The position numbers and the translations under genes were made by a program. Of a DNA stretch of 64,000 nucleotides, positions 27,295-41,383 are shown one piece after another; position 1 is the first letter of the stretch, and each line of letters starts with the position of its first letter. The DNA comes from Mobula hypostoma (taxonomy: Eukaryota): positions 38,442,001 through 38,506,000 of the forward strand of contig NC_086108.1 of the NCBI RefSeq assembly GCF_963921235.1, written 5' to 3'. The notes beneath the pieces were generated by a model that did no database searches, was not told the origin of the DNA, and saw only the letters and a list, made by a program, of their open reading frames with translations.

Positions 27295-28497
27295 TTTTAT
27301 GACAATGTTCACTATGTCCTGTCCCACCTGGAAAATGGGGTCTCATATTCCAGACTGCTGTTCATAGACTTCAGTTCGGCAATTCAACACCATCATACCC
27401 CAGAAAGTGGTGGGGAAGCTGTCCTTGATGAGTCTCAACACCTCCCTCTGCAATTGGGTACTGGACTTCTTAACAGTAAGGCCACAATCAATCTGTTGAG
27501 CACTGGCACTTCCCAATGCTGCGTGCTCAACGTGCTGCTGTTCACACAGCTGGCACATGACTGTATCACAGGATCCAGCTCAAACCATGTTATCAAGTTT
27601 GTGGATGACACAACAGTGGTTGGCCTTATCAAGAACCATGACGAGATGGAGTATGGAGAGGAAGTGGAGCAGGTGGTGGATTGGTGAGAGAAGAACAATC
27701 TAAGCCTGAGTGTGGAGAAGACAACAGAAATTATTGTGAACTTCAGGAATGTGTGGGTGAACCATCCCCCTCTGTGAATATATGGTTCCTCCATAGAGAG
27801 AGTTGTGCACCGAGTTTCTGGGAGTTCACATCACGGATGACCTCACCTGGTCCCTTAATATCACCTTCCTGAACAAGAAGGCACAGCAGCACCTCCACTT
27901 CCTAAGAAAATTAAGGCAAGCAAGTGTCCCACCCCCTCCCCCCATCTTAACTGCATTTTACAAGAGCGCCATTGACAGCATCCTGACAAGTTGCATCTCT
28001 ATCTGGTATGGGAGCAGTTGAGCATCAGATCAGAAGTCCGGACAAAGGACTGTGAGAACAGCTGAGAGGATCATTGGGGTCTCCTTACCATCCATTGAGG
28101 ACATTTATCAGGAGCGCTCCCTATGCAGGGCCCTTTGTATTATTAAGGATTCCACCCATCCATCCAGCATCCTCTTTGACTTTCTACTGTCAGGCAGGAG
28201 ACTACGATGCATAAAAACAAGAATGGTCTCCAAGGGAAACACTTCTTTCCTCCAGGCCATTGGGCTTCTGAACTCCCTGCCATATCATATTCGAAGTGTC
28301 ACTGGTTAATTGTACCTTACAATATTTAATATTAGTACATTTTAGCTAGTTATTTGTGTGTGATTCATCTGTAGATTTTATCCTTACCTTCATAAGTTAT
28401 TGTGTGTTATGTGTTTTATAGTTCAAAGAAACATTGTCTCGTTTCTATACACGTTATATGCGTTACATACATGTATGTAGCTAAATGACAATAAACC
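27295..28497 (+). mobile_element. Rex1/Babar-type LINE RT fragment
   Basis: [57 protein letters not shown]; 3' end aatgacaataaa. Confidence 0.85.
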
Positions 28498-28499
28498 TC

Positions 28500-29540
28500 A
28501 TTTGTCACTTTCATGTAGATGTACTCAATGGTTGGGAGAGCTTTGCCCGTGATGTGCTGGGCCGAATCCAGTACCTTTGGTAGGATTTTTCGCTCAAAGG
28601 CATTGGTGTTCGTATACCAGGCTGTTACGCTGGCAGTCAATCCACCTCCCATCACACATCTACAGAAGTTTGTCAAGGTTTTTGATGATATGGCAAATCT
28701 CCAGACTCCTAAGGAAGTAGAGGCGCTGTCATGCTTTCTTTGCCATTACATTTATATGATGGGTCCAGGACAGGTCGTCTGAGATACGTAGTGACACTCA
28801 GGAATTTAATGTTACTGACCCTTTCCACCTCTGCTTCTCCAATGAATACCGGCTCATGGAGCTCTGGTTTCCCTCTCCTGAAGTCTACAATCAGTTCCTT
28901 GGTTTTGCTGACATTGAGTGATAGGGTTGTTGTTATAACACTACTCAGCCAAATTTGAAGTTTCCCTCCTGTAGGCTGGTTCATCACCATCTTTCATGCG
29001 GCGCACAGCAGTGGTGTCATCTGCGAATTTGAATGTGGTGTTGGAGCTGCGCTTAGCCACACAGTCATGGGTGTAAAGCGAGTAGAGCAGAGGACTAAGC
29101 ACACAGCCTTGTGGTGCACCTGTGCTGAATGAGATTGTGGAGGAGATGTTTTAGCCAATCCAAACTAACTGGGGTCTACAAGTGAGGAAATCCATGATCC
29201 AATTGCACAAGGAGGTATTGAGGCCCACGTCTTGGAGTTTACTGATTAGTTTTGAGGAGATGATGGTATTAAATTCTGGGCTGTAATCGTTAAAGAGCAC
29301 CCTAATGTAAGCATCTTTAGTGTCCATATGTTCCAGGTTGTGTGAAGAGCCAATGAAATGGCAACACCTGTTGCTGTGGTAGGCAATTTGGAGCAGATCC
29401 AAGTCACCACTTAGAAGGAGCTGATATGTTTCAACACAAGCCTCTCAAAACACTTTATCATTGTGGAGATAAGTGCCACTGGGCGATAGTCATTGAAGTT
29501 ACTAAGCTCTTCTTGGGCACCAGTGTGATTGGAGCATGCT
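28500..29540 (-). mobile_element. Rex1/Babar-type LINE RT fragment
   Basis: NDYRPVALISTMIKCFERLV, FNDYSPEFNTI, FKFADDTT (gtgtcatctgcgaatttgaa), LNVSKTKELIVDFRR. Confidence 0.85.
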
Positions 29541-29547
29541 TGAAAGA

Positions 29548-29646
29548 AGAGTTCTGATGAAGGGTCTTGGCCCAAAAATTCAACTGTTTGCACTTCTTCA
29601 TGGATGCTGCTCGGCCTGCTGAACCCTCCAGTATTTTGTGTGTGTT
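29548..29646 (+). mobile_element. Penelope-terminus fragment
   Basis: gttctgatgaagggtcttggccc...gatgctgctcggcctgctgaaccctccagtattttgtg. Confidence 0.65.
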
Positions 29647-30311
29647 ATTAATATAACTCCACCAGTTGATCAATGTAAAACTTAAAGGAGCAGACCAGGT
29701 TAGAACAGATATATCTTAGTTTCAGTAAAGCACCATGGGATCAGTTTTTATATTAAAGGTATAAAATAAATGTCAGTTGTTGTCGCTGCCAGGGATTTAC
29801 TTTTACAATTTGCCCATGAGACCAAATACTTAAGGACACCTTTAATAATTCCATTTATAACTGCCACGGCAAAGCAGAAGCGCATTCAAGAATTTTGCTC
29901 CTGGCCAAAGCTATGACATTCCTCCATTTTCAAAACATACTCTATCAAAGTGAGATCAAAAACAATCTTTCCAAATTTAAATAAAGGAGTTAGATGTAAC
30001 TAGACTTCAAAGGAACAGATATTGCTTGGTGGATATTCAGCAAGCACTTTACAATCCTCCGAGACATGGCCAGAATACAAAATACCAAATGTTCAAATGC
30101 TTTTCCGAGGCCAATGATATTACAGGATTATAGCTTCACCTCTGAATAACAAGTTCTTTGGCATTGTCCTGCTTCTGATAACTTCTGTTGCATCTATCAC
30201 TATGAATGTGCTTGAGTGTACTGTTCAGATCCTGAGGGTGGGTGCATTCAACATGTAGTTTGGGAGAAAATGCTTGAATGATTGCGCTTGCTATGAAATA
30301 TTGTCAGTCTT

Positions 30312-31159
30312 TCTTTTTAAATTCAAATTTTTATTATTATTTATTCTTATTTTACAAAGCAGCACAGCATATCATAGAGCAGATACAGTACAGCATGTTT
30401 ACACAGCCACCTCATGACAGGAAAACAAATAAAACTTAGAGACAGAAAGAAGTTCTAATTTAAGTTTAAATTAACATACAACCAAAATTGATCCCACGCG
30501 TCTTGCACTTTTCCCTCCCTGTTAATTCCTTCCAACATGTGTTCATATGATGAAATCTTAATCATTTCCCCAGTCCATTCCTTCACAGTGGGACATCTGG
30601 GGTTTTCCAGTTTTGCAATATAATTCTTGCAACTGTGATAAGACCCACCTTTAAAATAGTAAATTTGTCATTAAGACATTGCATTAGTAGCATATTTAAG
30701 TACGGTGACCCACAAAGTAACTCTTTAACTGAATACTTTATGTTACCACAGGAAGTTCATAAAGCATCAATGTTTTAGAAGATGTTCAAGCACTGTTTGG
30801 GTGAATCGTGTAATAATCTCAAAGCAGTACGGCAGAGGGATCTTGGAAGAAATATTGAAGATAATGAGTGGTCAAATATTTTATCAAATGTGGGTAGACA
30901 TATTAGGGAAGCGAGAGGAAAATTTATTCAGTATAAGATGGTACACAGATATTATTGGACACCAACTAGACTGTACAAAATGGGGATTGTTGATGATAAT
31001 TTATGCTGGAAATGCTGGAAATATTTTCACATGATTTGGGAGTGTTCCATGGTTCATCCATTTTGGTGTAAATTTCTTGATCTGTTGGGGAATTGGTCGG
31101 GTTCCACACTGCCCTTGCGCCCATGGCTTTGTCTCCTGGGTGATAGGACAATTATACTT
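30312..31159 (-). mobile_element. 5'-truncated, 5'-inverted L1-clade insertion with 15-bp TSD
   Basis: TSD AATATTGTCAGTCTT at 30297-30311 and 31160-31174. Plus-strand part encodes an L1-type C-terminal Cys/His region (KMVHRYYWTPTRLYK...CWKC..HMIWEC). Minus-strand part continues DKFTILKVGLITVARIILQNWK into an A-rich tail. Confidence 0.85.
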
Positions 31160-31464
31160 AATATTGTCAGTCTTAAACATTTAGTGGCACTTCGCAAGGT
31201 ACCTATAGTACATTTAGAAAAGGAAACAACAGAATTAGATTCTGCTGTCTGCACCAAATTTACTCTAACTATTGCATACATGTGCAATGTTTCCACCTCC
31301 CACCACCACCACCACTACATCAATTCCCACCATCCTCATTCCAACAATTCACCAAGGAGCCATTTAAATAATACATATTTAATAGCCTGAGGTGGATGTT
31401 CATGAAAAGAATTAGATTATCTTAAATCCTTATTCAAAACAAAATGACTAGTTTTGTTAATCCT

Positions 31465-32121
31465 GGGAGGGAGGAGAAGATGGCGACGCAATGCAGGGCG
31501 TGCGGCCGTTCCGAATGATATCGTATGTGTTAACTAGGGGGCCATGCACAATCCAGATTTGATGGAGAAAGCTGTGAGAAGCGCTGAGGAAAAACTGGAG
31601 TAACTTCTGAAATGCCCGCTTCGCTGCCGCTGCTACTGTGCAAGCGAGAATCTCCAGAGGGGAAGGCCCCAAATCCTCGGCTTTGCCTATTGCCTGTTGC
31701 CGAGGATGGGGTCGAAGCGCTTGGCAGAGATGGTGCTCAGTGTTTGGTGTCAGAGAGCTGGTCGGAGGCTCGGAGTTTTCGGACGGACTCGGAGTCGGAC
31801 TGCGGTCGGATGCTTCCAGGATGCTGCATCGACAAGTTGGCGGCGCTGGAGGTTCACCGTCTGCGTGAGATGATGGGACTTTCGAGAGACTTTGAGACTT
31901 TTACCGTGCCATGGTCTATTCTTATCAAATTATGGTATTGCTTTGCACTGTTGTAATTATATGTTATAATTATGTGGTTTTTGTTAATTTTTAAGTTGGT
32001 TTGTGATGTGTTTCTGTGATATCATTCTGGAAAAACATTGTATTATTTCTTAATGCATGCATTACTAAATGACGATAAAAGAGGACTGCGTGTCCTCATA
32101 ATCTAATCTAATCTAATCTAA
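31465..32121 (+). mobile_element. Young non-coding retroelement with (AATCT)n tail
   Basis: CpG-rich 5' part beginning GGGAGGGAGGAGAAGATGGCG; 3' aatgacgataaaa followed by four atcta repeats; no credible ORF. Confidence 0.65.
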
Positions 32122-33219
32122 ATTAGATAATTTTGACATTTTCAAAGTAAGTTTATAAAATTGTTAAAAATTTTAAAACTTGAAATCTATTGAATCATAC
32201 TTAATTAGTAGTTTTGCACAATGAATTTGTCTAATATGTTCTACTTGGTTAATGAAAATTAATTTGTATTAAATTAATAATGAATGTTTAACAATTGTTC
32301 AGATAATCTTTGCTTAAATTTTAATATAATACTCTAATTTGAAACTTCTTGGATCTCTGTTGTTGCCACTCTACAAGAAGTACTCTAAAATCTGGAAACC
32401 CCTGATTTACTGCATTAATAAAGTAAGTAAGATGAAGATTAGAATTTATAGCTAGCTGGTAATGTTCGAGAGTGGGAACCCTGCTGTTAGATCCCCAAAA
32501 CTCCTTCACAGAAGGAGAACGCATTAGAAGAAGGTTAAGCAAGGACAGAAGTTGTATGATTAAAAACAGGGGAAAGACTGAGTAACTTATTTGCTCAGAG
32601 ACTGAAATGGATTTAAATAGAAAATAAGCAAATGGCCACATACTGTAAACAATTTGTGAAGCATAGGGTATGCCTGAACTTTCCTACGGTAAACTAATTC
32701 ATCATGCCTGGGTGATGTCTTTGCCTAATACATGGCACTAAATAAGTAATACAAGAAACATAATCACATGTACTTTGTCAAGTGACCCCAAATATGTAAT
32801 GTATTCTAGCACATTAAAATCTCCATTCCCGGGTCCTTGCAGCCATATAGCTGTTATTGCTAACACTCATTCCACAAATTCTGATTGATCTTGATTACAG
32901 TATCTGGAGGCCAGTGTCCAATTAACTCTAACTTTCATTGCTGGGAGCAATAACTTCGAATATCAAGCCTCTGCACAAATAGTGTTCCAAAACCAAGCAT
33001 TTAAGTAGTCATAAAAAACGAAATAGTGGGAATAATTTGTGGTCAGCTAATGCTTGACAATAAGTCAGGAGTATGTGCTTCCTTAACCTTGTGAGAATAT
33101 GCATTAATCACTTTTATATTTGTTTTCCAAACTTTTTACCAGCTACTATATGTAACACAAGATATTCTTAAAGGAGCTGAGCTGCCTGTAATATTCTGTA
33201 TATACATACATATCAAAGC

Positions 33220-33316
33220 AACACACATAAAATACTGGAGGAACTCAGCAGGTCAGGCAGCATCATGGAAATGAATAAAGAGTCAATATTTCAGGCTGAG
33301 ACCCTTCTTCAGGACC
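33220..33316 (-). mobile_element. Penelope-terminus fragment
   Basis: aaatactggaggaactcagcaggtcaggcagcatc...gagacccttcttcaggac. Confidence 0.7.
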
Positions 33317-35784
33317 AAAGTGCTGATTGTCAGTGGCTCTGAATAATCAAAGTCATGAGAAAAAAGAGAAGGATGTTAAATGAAATATCTGATGGTTCCA
33401 TTCACCAAAGATGGTGACTACTTTTCCACTCTATCATTTATCATAATTCCCTAGCAACCCCAGAAAGTTATAATTAGTACGTAGTGAGATGAGAAAGTTA
33501 TTGGATGCAGGCATAGAATGAAAGCTGTTCTGATTGTGTAGAAGTTCAAGACATGTCAACCTCTGGCTACTGAGCAAATTGATGCTCATCTCAGCAGTCC
33601 TGGTATGTAGAAGAGACGGCCAGCAGAATATTAAATGCATGATTACCTTGTGTGTAGCGACCCTCAGGAAATGAGGCAAATATCTTGGAGAACAGCACAG
33701 TCTTGCATGTGAAAAATTGGATGATGGATGTGATTAGGAATTGGTGGCAAGGGAAAGGAGTTAATAGTAGCCAATTTATTGTAGGATGGGGAAAAATGTG
33801 ATCATTTCTTTCTCCATTTCAGAAAACAATTCATTCTGTAAAGAGAATGGATCTTGGGTAACTGGAGAAATTAATATAAAATGGATCACAAATATACGGA
33901 CTGTATTTCAAAGCGAATAAAGTATATTTGTTTGAGAATTAGTTTGCTCTCGAGAAAGGTAGTTCTGACATTTGTGAAATCCATTCTCATGAGTAACTCA
34001 GCAGGTCAGTCAGCATTGATGGGAAGAAATGAACAGTTAACAAAGCCTTTGTGTTAGTCTAGACCTGAACAATAACCTATGATGAAACATTAATAAGTCT
34101 TAATCTCTTCTGAGGCCACTGATATTTTACCAGCAGGCCCAAGATCTATGAGAGACTAGTCATCCACTGCCCCGCCTTGATATACTGTATCTCACACCCT
34201 GCTTGCACACAAAGCCCTTGCTATCAATGATAGAAATGATAATGCAAGGTAGGACAAGTGTTTTTATAAATGGCCTTAATAAGTCACTGTAATATTTGAT
34301 GTTTGCTTCTCTTGTGCATTACAGATAGTGTAATGACTAGGATTATGATGTAATAACAATTCATGAAGAACAAAGAATTTACACAAAAATACAGCAAGTT
34401 CTTAAGATTGTTGAATGTTTGATTCTTTTCATATAATATTCTACTCATTTCTGACTGTGTGCCTGATTCTGTATCTCATGCAGTTCTTTCTTTATCTGCT
34501 TCCTTGCAACAGCTCTCTCCCACCTTATGATTTTGTCAACATACGTGCTGTCACATTTTCCAAGACTTTACCATGTGCATAATACAAAGCAACTCCAGTC
34601 AAATTGGTTGTTTCATTACTTTACACATCACAACAATCCAATCAATTCCTGGAGTTCTTTTCATGTACATTTCATTGCATTTGTATTAGTCATGAAAATA
34701 GCCAATCTTGTTTATGCTCTTGAAAGAAGTGAAAATAAGACAATTTTGTAACTTTCGGAAAAATAAAAATATTATGCTTTATACAAAGATGAAGCTACAT
34801 ATCCATTTACAAGTTATTAGTAATATTTAGTAAAAACAAGATAAAATTACATTTTATAGCTGCAAGTTTTGTAAAATCATTTGTAAAAGTAAGTCATCCT
34901 ATTATCCTTTAACAATAATCTATAATTTTTTTAGAACTGTAGTCCTGATTTTATACTAATCTCATGCCCATATTTTCATGAGGGAGATGCACTTCCTTCA
35001 CAAGACCTGCTCACAAACTCTCGGAAAACATTTGATATACAACAAAGCCCCAGTTTCAACTTTGCCAGCTGTCAAAGCTATCCATGTTTTTTCAAAGTTG
35101 AAACTAATTTTAAAAATGTGAAAATGATGAGTATAATATCAAAATAAAAAGTAAAACAAAAAATTCTGAATAAATAAACAAAGCAAGGATAACTTATATT
35201 TGTAACTTATTTATAATTCCCTGAAGTTTGTATAGCTTTAAAATCCTTGCATAATTAAATGGGCTCTGAATCCTCCAGCAACAGTAATCTGGTGCAAGAC
35301 CCGAACAAGAGTGCGTATTCCCCAGTATAAATGTCAATGGGGACATCCCACATCACTGGACTACACAGGAGTTCCAATACTTGCTGGCACTTAAAATGAA
35401 AATGCTTGCTGGCACTTAAAATGAAAATGCTAGCAATTCTACGTGGAATTGCCAGCAAGGCTCAGCAATATCTGGGCCAATAACGTACCTTGCAATTGGA
35501 GCAAGTTTAAAAAGTGATTCAGTTATGTGTCAAGTAATCTCCCATATTGATTCATTTGTCAATTCCTGGAGGGTGAGCGTTTGTTCTCGCATTGATTTAA
35601 AATGATTTATTTAGCTGTGTTATAATGAAATAATTTTTTCAGTTAAAGAATAGGGATACTGACAGAAACAATATTCAATGACTTTGGAATAGACGTGCTT
35701 AATATCAGAGGTTTAGAGGAATTAAGCATGTCCAAAAAGATCTTGATGAAGTTAATGAATACAAAATGGATCTTTAGATAACAT

Positions 35785-35945
35785 GTATTTAAGAATAAAT
35801 TGGACAGATACATGGATGGGAGGTGTATGGAGGGATATGGTCCGTGTGCAGGTCAGTGGGACTAGGCAGAAAATGGTTCGGCACAGCCAAGAAGGACCAA
35901 AAGGCCTGTTTCTGTGCTGTATTTTCTATGGCTTCTATGGTATCT
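35785..35945 (+). mobile_element. CR1 LINE 3' end fragment
   Basis: tttaagaataaattggacagatacatggatggg...ggcctgtttctgtgctgt, with a short ttctatgg tandem tail. Confidence 0.7.
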
Positions 35946-37796
35946 ATGTCATAAGTGAAGACTTTTGAATAGGTAAATGGGGTATGTTTCAGGATGGCCT
36001 CCAGAATATTCTTCTACTGAAGCCCAGCTCTTTGGCAAACCGATGCAGTACTGAAGTTTCCTCAGGATAGAGAGCCAGCAGCACTGAAATAATGAATTTT
36101 ATATCTGAAGGGACCATCCCAGGCTTAGTATGATGAAGGGCATTAAATTTTTGTCTACTCCTTTGATATTCACAGAACTTGTTAAAAAAATCAAATACAT
36201 CAAGATGCATTTGGATACTATCAAATGCAGCAGAAGGAAGCAGCAATTGGATTTGGATTAAAAGGAAAGACAACAACTGGGCTGCAAGATGAAGACAGGA
36301 GGGTACGGAACTGAGGGGGGTGTATCTGGGACGCCAGGTAGCACCGCTGAGCCCTCTGGAGATGTCGTGGGCTTATCAACGAAATGTCAAAGGAAGGTGC
36401 CCACCTGATGACCCCAATGACGTACCTACCCTCCCTCCTAGTCACCACTCCAAGCCCACTGCCAACATCGAGAGTGCCATCTTACCACAGGGATTGAAAC
36501 ATCAAGCCCTAGTAGCTCTACTAAGACAATTAAAATAAACAAGTATATAGTTACAAAAATACTTATTCTCAACAGCTGATTTCTCACATTTGTTTGAGCA
36601 AGAACTGGAGTTCTCTTTCTCCAGGTTTCAGCAGGCACATGTTCAGTGAGCAGTCTTCGTAACATGAGAGCTGGGGACCTTAACAAAGTTTGCATTCCCC
36701 CATTGCATAAGTGCAGGTCAGAAGCAGTTGCAGGTGTTGGCTTAGGCCCATGCCAGGATCTCTGCAGAGACACAAAGCTTCTCCAAACTATCCACGTAAC
36801 AAAAAAATTCTGAATCTGGAATCAGTTTCTTCTTCACCAGTGCTGAAGCCTTTAAATATATCCCAAATCAATTCCCAGAAGTGGATACAACAATCAATTT
36901 GGGGCCAACCAATGCTGAAGATACTAATAAAGTTTAATCGGGTCTTATATTCCATGACACTATCTGGGATCCAATTTTATAACCATTTTCTCAACTAGCT
37001 CTGCAACTTTGATCTATCTACAAATCTACCCAGATATCTATTCTTATACCTCTTGCAGAACCAGGCTCTCATATTTATTTTGCATCTTGACTTTCTTCCT
37101 ACCAAAATGTAATATATCTCAAATCTCTCACAATTGTCAGCATTAAATTTCATCTGTCATCTTTTTGCTGTCCTGCTAGCCTGTCTATATTTTCTGAAGA
37201 CTGTTTCTATCCTCTTCAGTGTAAGTATAACTGGAAAATTTTCAGTAAAAATGTTAGAATAAGGATAGTTGGTCTGCACTCTAGTAACTCAAGATAAAAA
37301 GCCAATCATCCCTCCATCATACTCCATTACTTTACAGTTTACAGAATTATGCCCGGCATGTTTCATATTATTTATTTTCATTTATTCCAGAAATATATCT
37401 CCATGTTTAGTTTTCTACTTCATGGCTTTTTTAAATTAATCTACTACATAGAAATGATTTGGGTATTCTCTGCCTTTATATCACTTTTGAACATTTCCTT
37501 CAAGAAATATGTGGCCTAGAAATAATTATAAAATTAACCATATTTAATAAGGCTTAAGCTTGCATTCAATGGTATATTTATTCCATTCTCAGCAATCTTT
37601 GAATTGATTGTGTGAGGAAGGATCAAGAGAGTTAGAAGATTGAACAAAACCTTTATATCTTGCAGGTAACATATAAAGAAGAATAATAAATTATTTTGAA
37701 AAGTTTTTTTCTCAGTTATCCCTGAGTTTTCTCTTGAAAGAACTTGAATGAGATAATTTTAAAATTTTAATTGAATGAAAATTCAACTTGTAAAAT

Positions 37797-38530
37797 GGAA
37801 ACATAGAAAACCTATAGCACAATACAGGACCTTTGGCCCACAAAGCAGTGCCAAACATGTCCTTACCTTAGAAATTACCTAAGGTTACCCATGGCCCTCT
37901 ATTTTTCTAAGCTCTATGTACCTATCCGGGAGTCTCTTAAAAGACCCTATCGTACCCGCCTCCACCACCGTCACCTACAGCCCATTCCACGCACTCACCA
38001 CTCTGAGTAAAAAACTTACCCCTGACATCTCTATACCTACTTCCAAGCACCTTAAAACTGTGCCCTCTCGTGCTAGCCATCTCAGCCCTGGGAAAAAGCC
38101 TCAGACTATCCACATGATCAATGCTTCTCATCATCTTATACACCTTTATCAGGTCACCTCTCATCCCCTGTCGCTCCAAGGGAAAAAGGCCGAGTTCACT
38201 CCACCTATTCTTTCAAGGCATGCTCCCCAATCCAGACAACATCCTCGTAAATCTCTTCTGCACCCTTTTTATAGTTTCCACATCCTTCCTATAGTGAGGC
38301 GACCAGAACACAGCACAGTACTCCAAGTGGGGTCTGACCAGGGTCCTATATAACTGCAACATTACCTCTTAGCTCCTAAACTCAACACCATGATTGATGA
38401 AGCCAATGCAATGTATGCTTTCTTAATCATAGTCAACCTGCGCAGCAGCTTTGAGTGTCCTATGGACTCAGACCCCAAGATCCCTCTGATTCTCCACACT
38501 GCCAAGAGTCTTACCATTAAAACTATATTC
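37797..38530 (-). mobile_element. CR1 LINE 3' fragment
   Basis: ERQGMRGDLIKVYKMMRSIDHVD..LFP..TRGHSFKV; tail aaacatagaaaacctatagcac. Confidence 0.85.
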
Positions 38531-40479
38531 TAGTATTAACCTATTGGGTTATTAATACTATATCCTAGTATTAATTCTAGTAGGTTATTAATCAAACAAA
38601 TAGATCACATCATGATTTTGTATCTGCAAAGCTGTATATTTTGCCAAAACATAAAGCTCTACAACTGTCCGTGGATGCTTTTGTCAAGATTCTGCTATGT
38701 GTTGTGGAGTTGGAGATGGAGTGTGGGAAATTTACATCAGTAGTTCTCACAACAAATTTAATCTGGATTACAAAATTAAAACCAAATGTAAGTCTTTAAA
38801 TCTGGACTGAATATCATCTAAATGTCTTAATCTATATTTCTCCCAAAACTGTGCTCTTGCAACTGAAAACTAACTTTGAGGCAGACAAAAGGTTTTGTCT
38901 TGAAGTTGGGTCTAAAATGTTATTTTTGTTTCTCTTTCTACAGATGCTGCTTAGTCTACTAAGTGCTTCCAGTATTTTTATTTCAGATTCCCAGCAGTTG
39001 TTTTTTTTTATTTTCATTTACTTCTTAACTCCGGTTCATCTTAAAAAACATTTTTGCATACTTGTTTTCCTTGTATACATAAATACACACTATATTGTGT
39101 GTATAAATATATATGAGTGTGTAATTGCGGTTTCTTGCCAATAGAAGACATCTGGCAGCTAGGCTGGTGGAAGGATGGATTTAGAGTTTGTATTTCCCTT
39201 TAAAACTGCTGGCCTGCTGCGTTCACCAGCAACTTTGAGGTGTTGTCGGAGGTTCATTTTCTAGGTGAAAATGCAGGGCACTATCAATGAAGAACTGACT
39301 AAGCCTAATAACTGCTTCTCATAGAATTAAGTAGTCCATGAATGCAATCAAGAAGATTGAGATAACATTCAGGGATAGAATGATCAATAACAGGGGATAC
39401 TTGCATCACAAAGGTCAAACATTGACACCTCCAACAAGATGGAACTTAATCATCTCCATCCGATTCTCTACAGTGTCATATTAATGGAAATCCTCACCAC
39501 ACCATTTTGGGGGGCCAGGAATGACTGAAAACTTAGAGTAGTCACAAAATTTTTGCCATGGTGTTAAGAGTCAAGGGGATCAGACAGGAAAATGAAAGAG
39601 AAGCCAGTGGTCTAATCAGTCATGATCTTTTTAACTGACAGAATGGAGAAGAAGAGCTCCTGCTTTTGTTCTTTAGTGTTCTGATAGTTTAAAAAAAATG
39701 AATGGAATACTATTTTATGTATTAATAACCCTATTTTGTTTCATTATATACTGTATAGGATCATGCAATGCTAATGCAATTGGCACCTGCAAAGAGAAAC
39801 TTGATTTCAGAGTTGCTAAACTACAGCATTGTGTTCGTTTGAGAGCTACAGTACTCCTTCGGTAAAGTTGATCTTTGCAGTTACATAGCAACACAACCAG
39901 CAATAGGCATGTACTTTGCATTGTGATATAGATGGCAATTATATAAAACAAAATGACCTCTATGATGAGTCAAAATGCCATGTTAATAAAGGGACCAAGG
40001 AAATTGTCCCTCAGCACAAGAACAATAGGTGTAATCTTTATGCTGATTAACTCTGACATTGGAGGTCATTGGTAGCAGTTATGTTAATTAAGCTGACATA
40101 AGATTAATATGTACATAAAGCTATTATGTCATTAAAGTAAAAAAATATATATCAATTAAGCCAGTTATCTGGAGTGGCTACACTCAGGTTCAGGAATACT
40201 TTCAATGCCAATGATTTATATTGTACTGTCACTTAAGTATGTGGTGGGAGTTGTGGACTGCATTATTGTGCTGTTGAGTGTGATCATTTCAATTTCCAGT
40301 GTTGCTTTCAGTGACTAGTTAGTGTATTGAAAATGAGCAGAATAACAGTGCTCTCTCTGTGTATATACTGTATGTGAATTAATCATATATGTGAAAGGAT
40401 GTTGCAGCAGTACCAGTGCCATCAACACGTGCTAGTTATTAGTTTGCTCATTTATTTTTGTCACATATTCTACAGCATG

Positions 40480-41160
40480 GCACCCAGAACTGGACACAAT
40501 ACTCTAGTTGTGGTTAAATCAGTGTTTAACAAAAATTAATCAGAACTTATTACATGCTACGTCTCGATTTAGAAACCTTGCATTCCTGTTTTTATGTAAC
40601 CATTTTCTTGACTTGCCCTGCCACTGAATTATGAATAGATCTCTGTTCATATATCCACATTAGAATTGTGACCTGTCACTTGTATTGCCTCTTCTTCCTC
40701 TTCCATCCAAATATAACACCACTTTTCCTAGCACTAAATTATAACTGCCATATATTTGACCATTCTACCAACCTGCTTGTTCCTACCCTCTTCCTTGTCC
40801 ACTGTACTGTATCTACACATTCTGTGCCATCTACAAATCTGGAAACCGCCCTATACATCCATTAGTATGTATTACAAGAAACAATTTCTCTTCCTAGTAC
40901 TGACCTCTGAGGAACTCCAGTGTTGACTTGCAACCATTCCTCAAAATTGGCCCTGGATTCTCTGTGTCCTGCTATTTGGTAAATTTTGAATGCATGCTGC
41001 TCAGTCCCTTGTATTTCACCACCTTCAGAACATGGCACTTCATCAAGTGCCTTTTGGAAGTGCATTTGCCTTATTCACCCTTTCAATTACTTCAAAAATC
41101 TCTAACAGTTTAAAAATGATTTTCCTTTTAAAAAAGCCATGTTGTCTTTCTCTGATCAAT
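40480..41160 (-). mobile_element. Highly decayed CR1-type RT fragment
   Basis: HFQKALDEVP, WLQVNTGVPQRSVLG motifs. Confidence 0.6.
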
Positions 41161-41383
41161 CAAACCTTCAGCCGTGAATGGACCTTCAATATTGCTTGAA
41201 TTCTACTACGTTCTATTTATAAGTTACCAAGCTCAGAAATTGCAAATCAAGGTGCTGACTGTGTTTAGCTGTGACAGCAAGGAATTACACATGATGTGTA
41301 ACTACATATGTATCTCAAATGATGATGCTAAGACATTATAATCACATGACTTATCAACATAATCGTATACAAATACATCATAG

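Noticed and set aside
35381..35430. 25-bp exact direct duplication, and short repeats at 38515-38595 and 53195-53350
   Set aside because: Simple slippage or TE-internal repeats; no spacers or cas genes, so not CRISPR.
35255..35458. ORF with LLCSPVMWDVPIDIY, reminiscent of the KCNT2 C-terminal KLCSSTGDVPIGIY
   Set aside because: Lies upstream of exon 1, the match is short, and no supporting splice sites or flanking similarity were seen; treated as chance.
22400..41380. Exons of a neighbouring gene (CFH lies head-to-head with KCNT2 in human)
   Set aside because: No CCP/sushi-domain or other recognisable coding exon seen; very short exons could have been missed.
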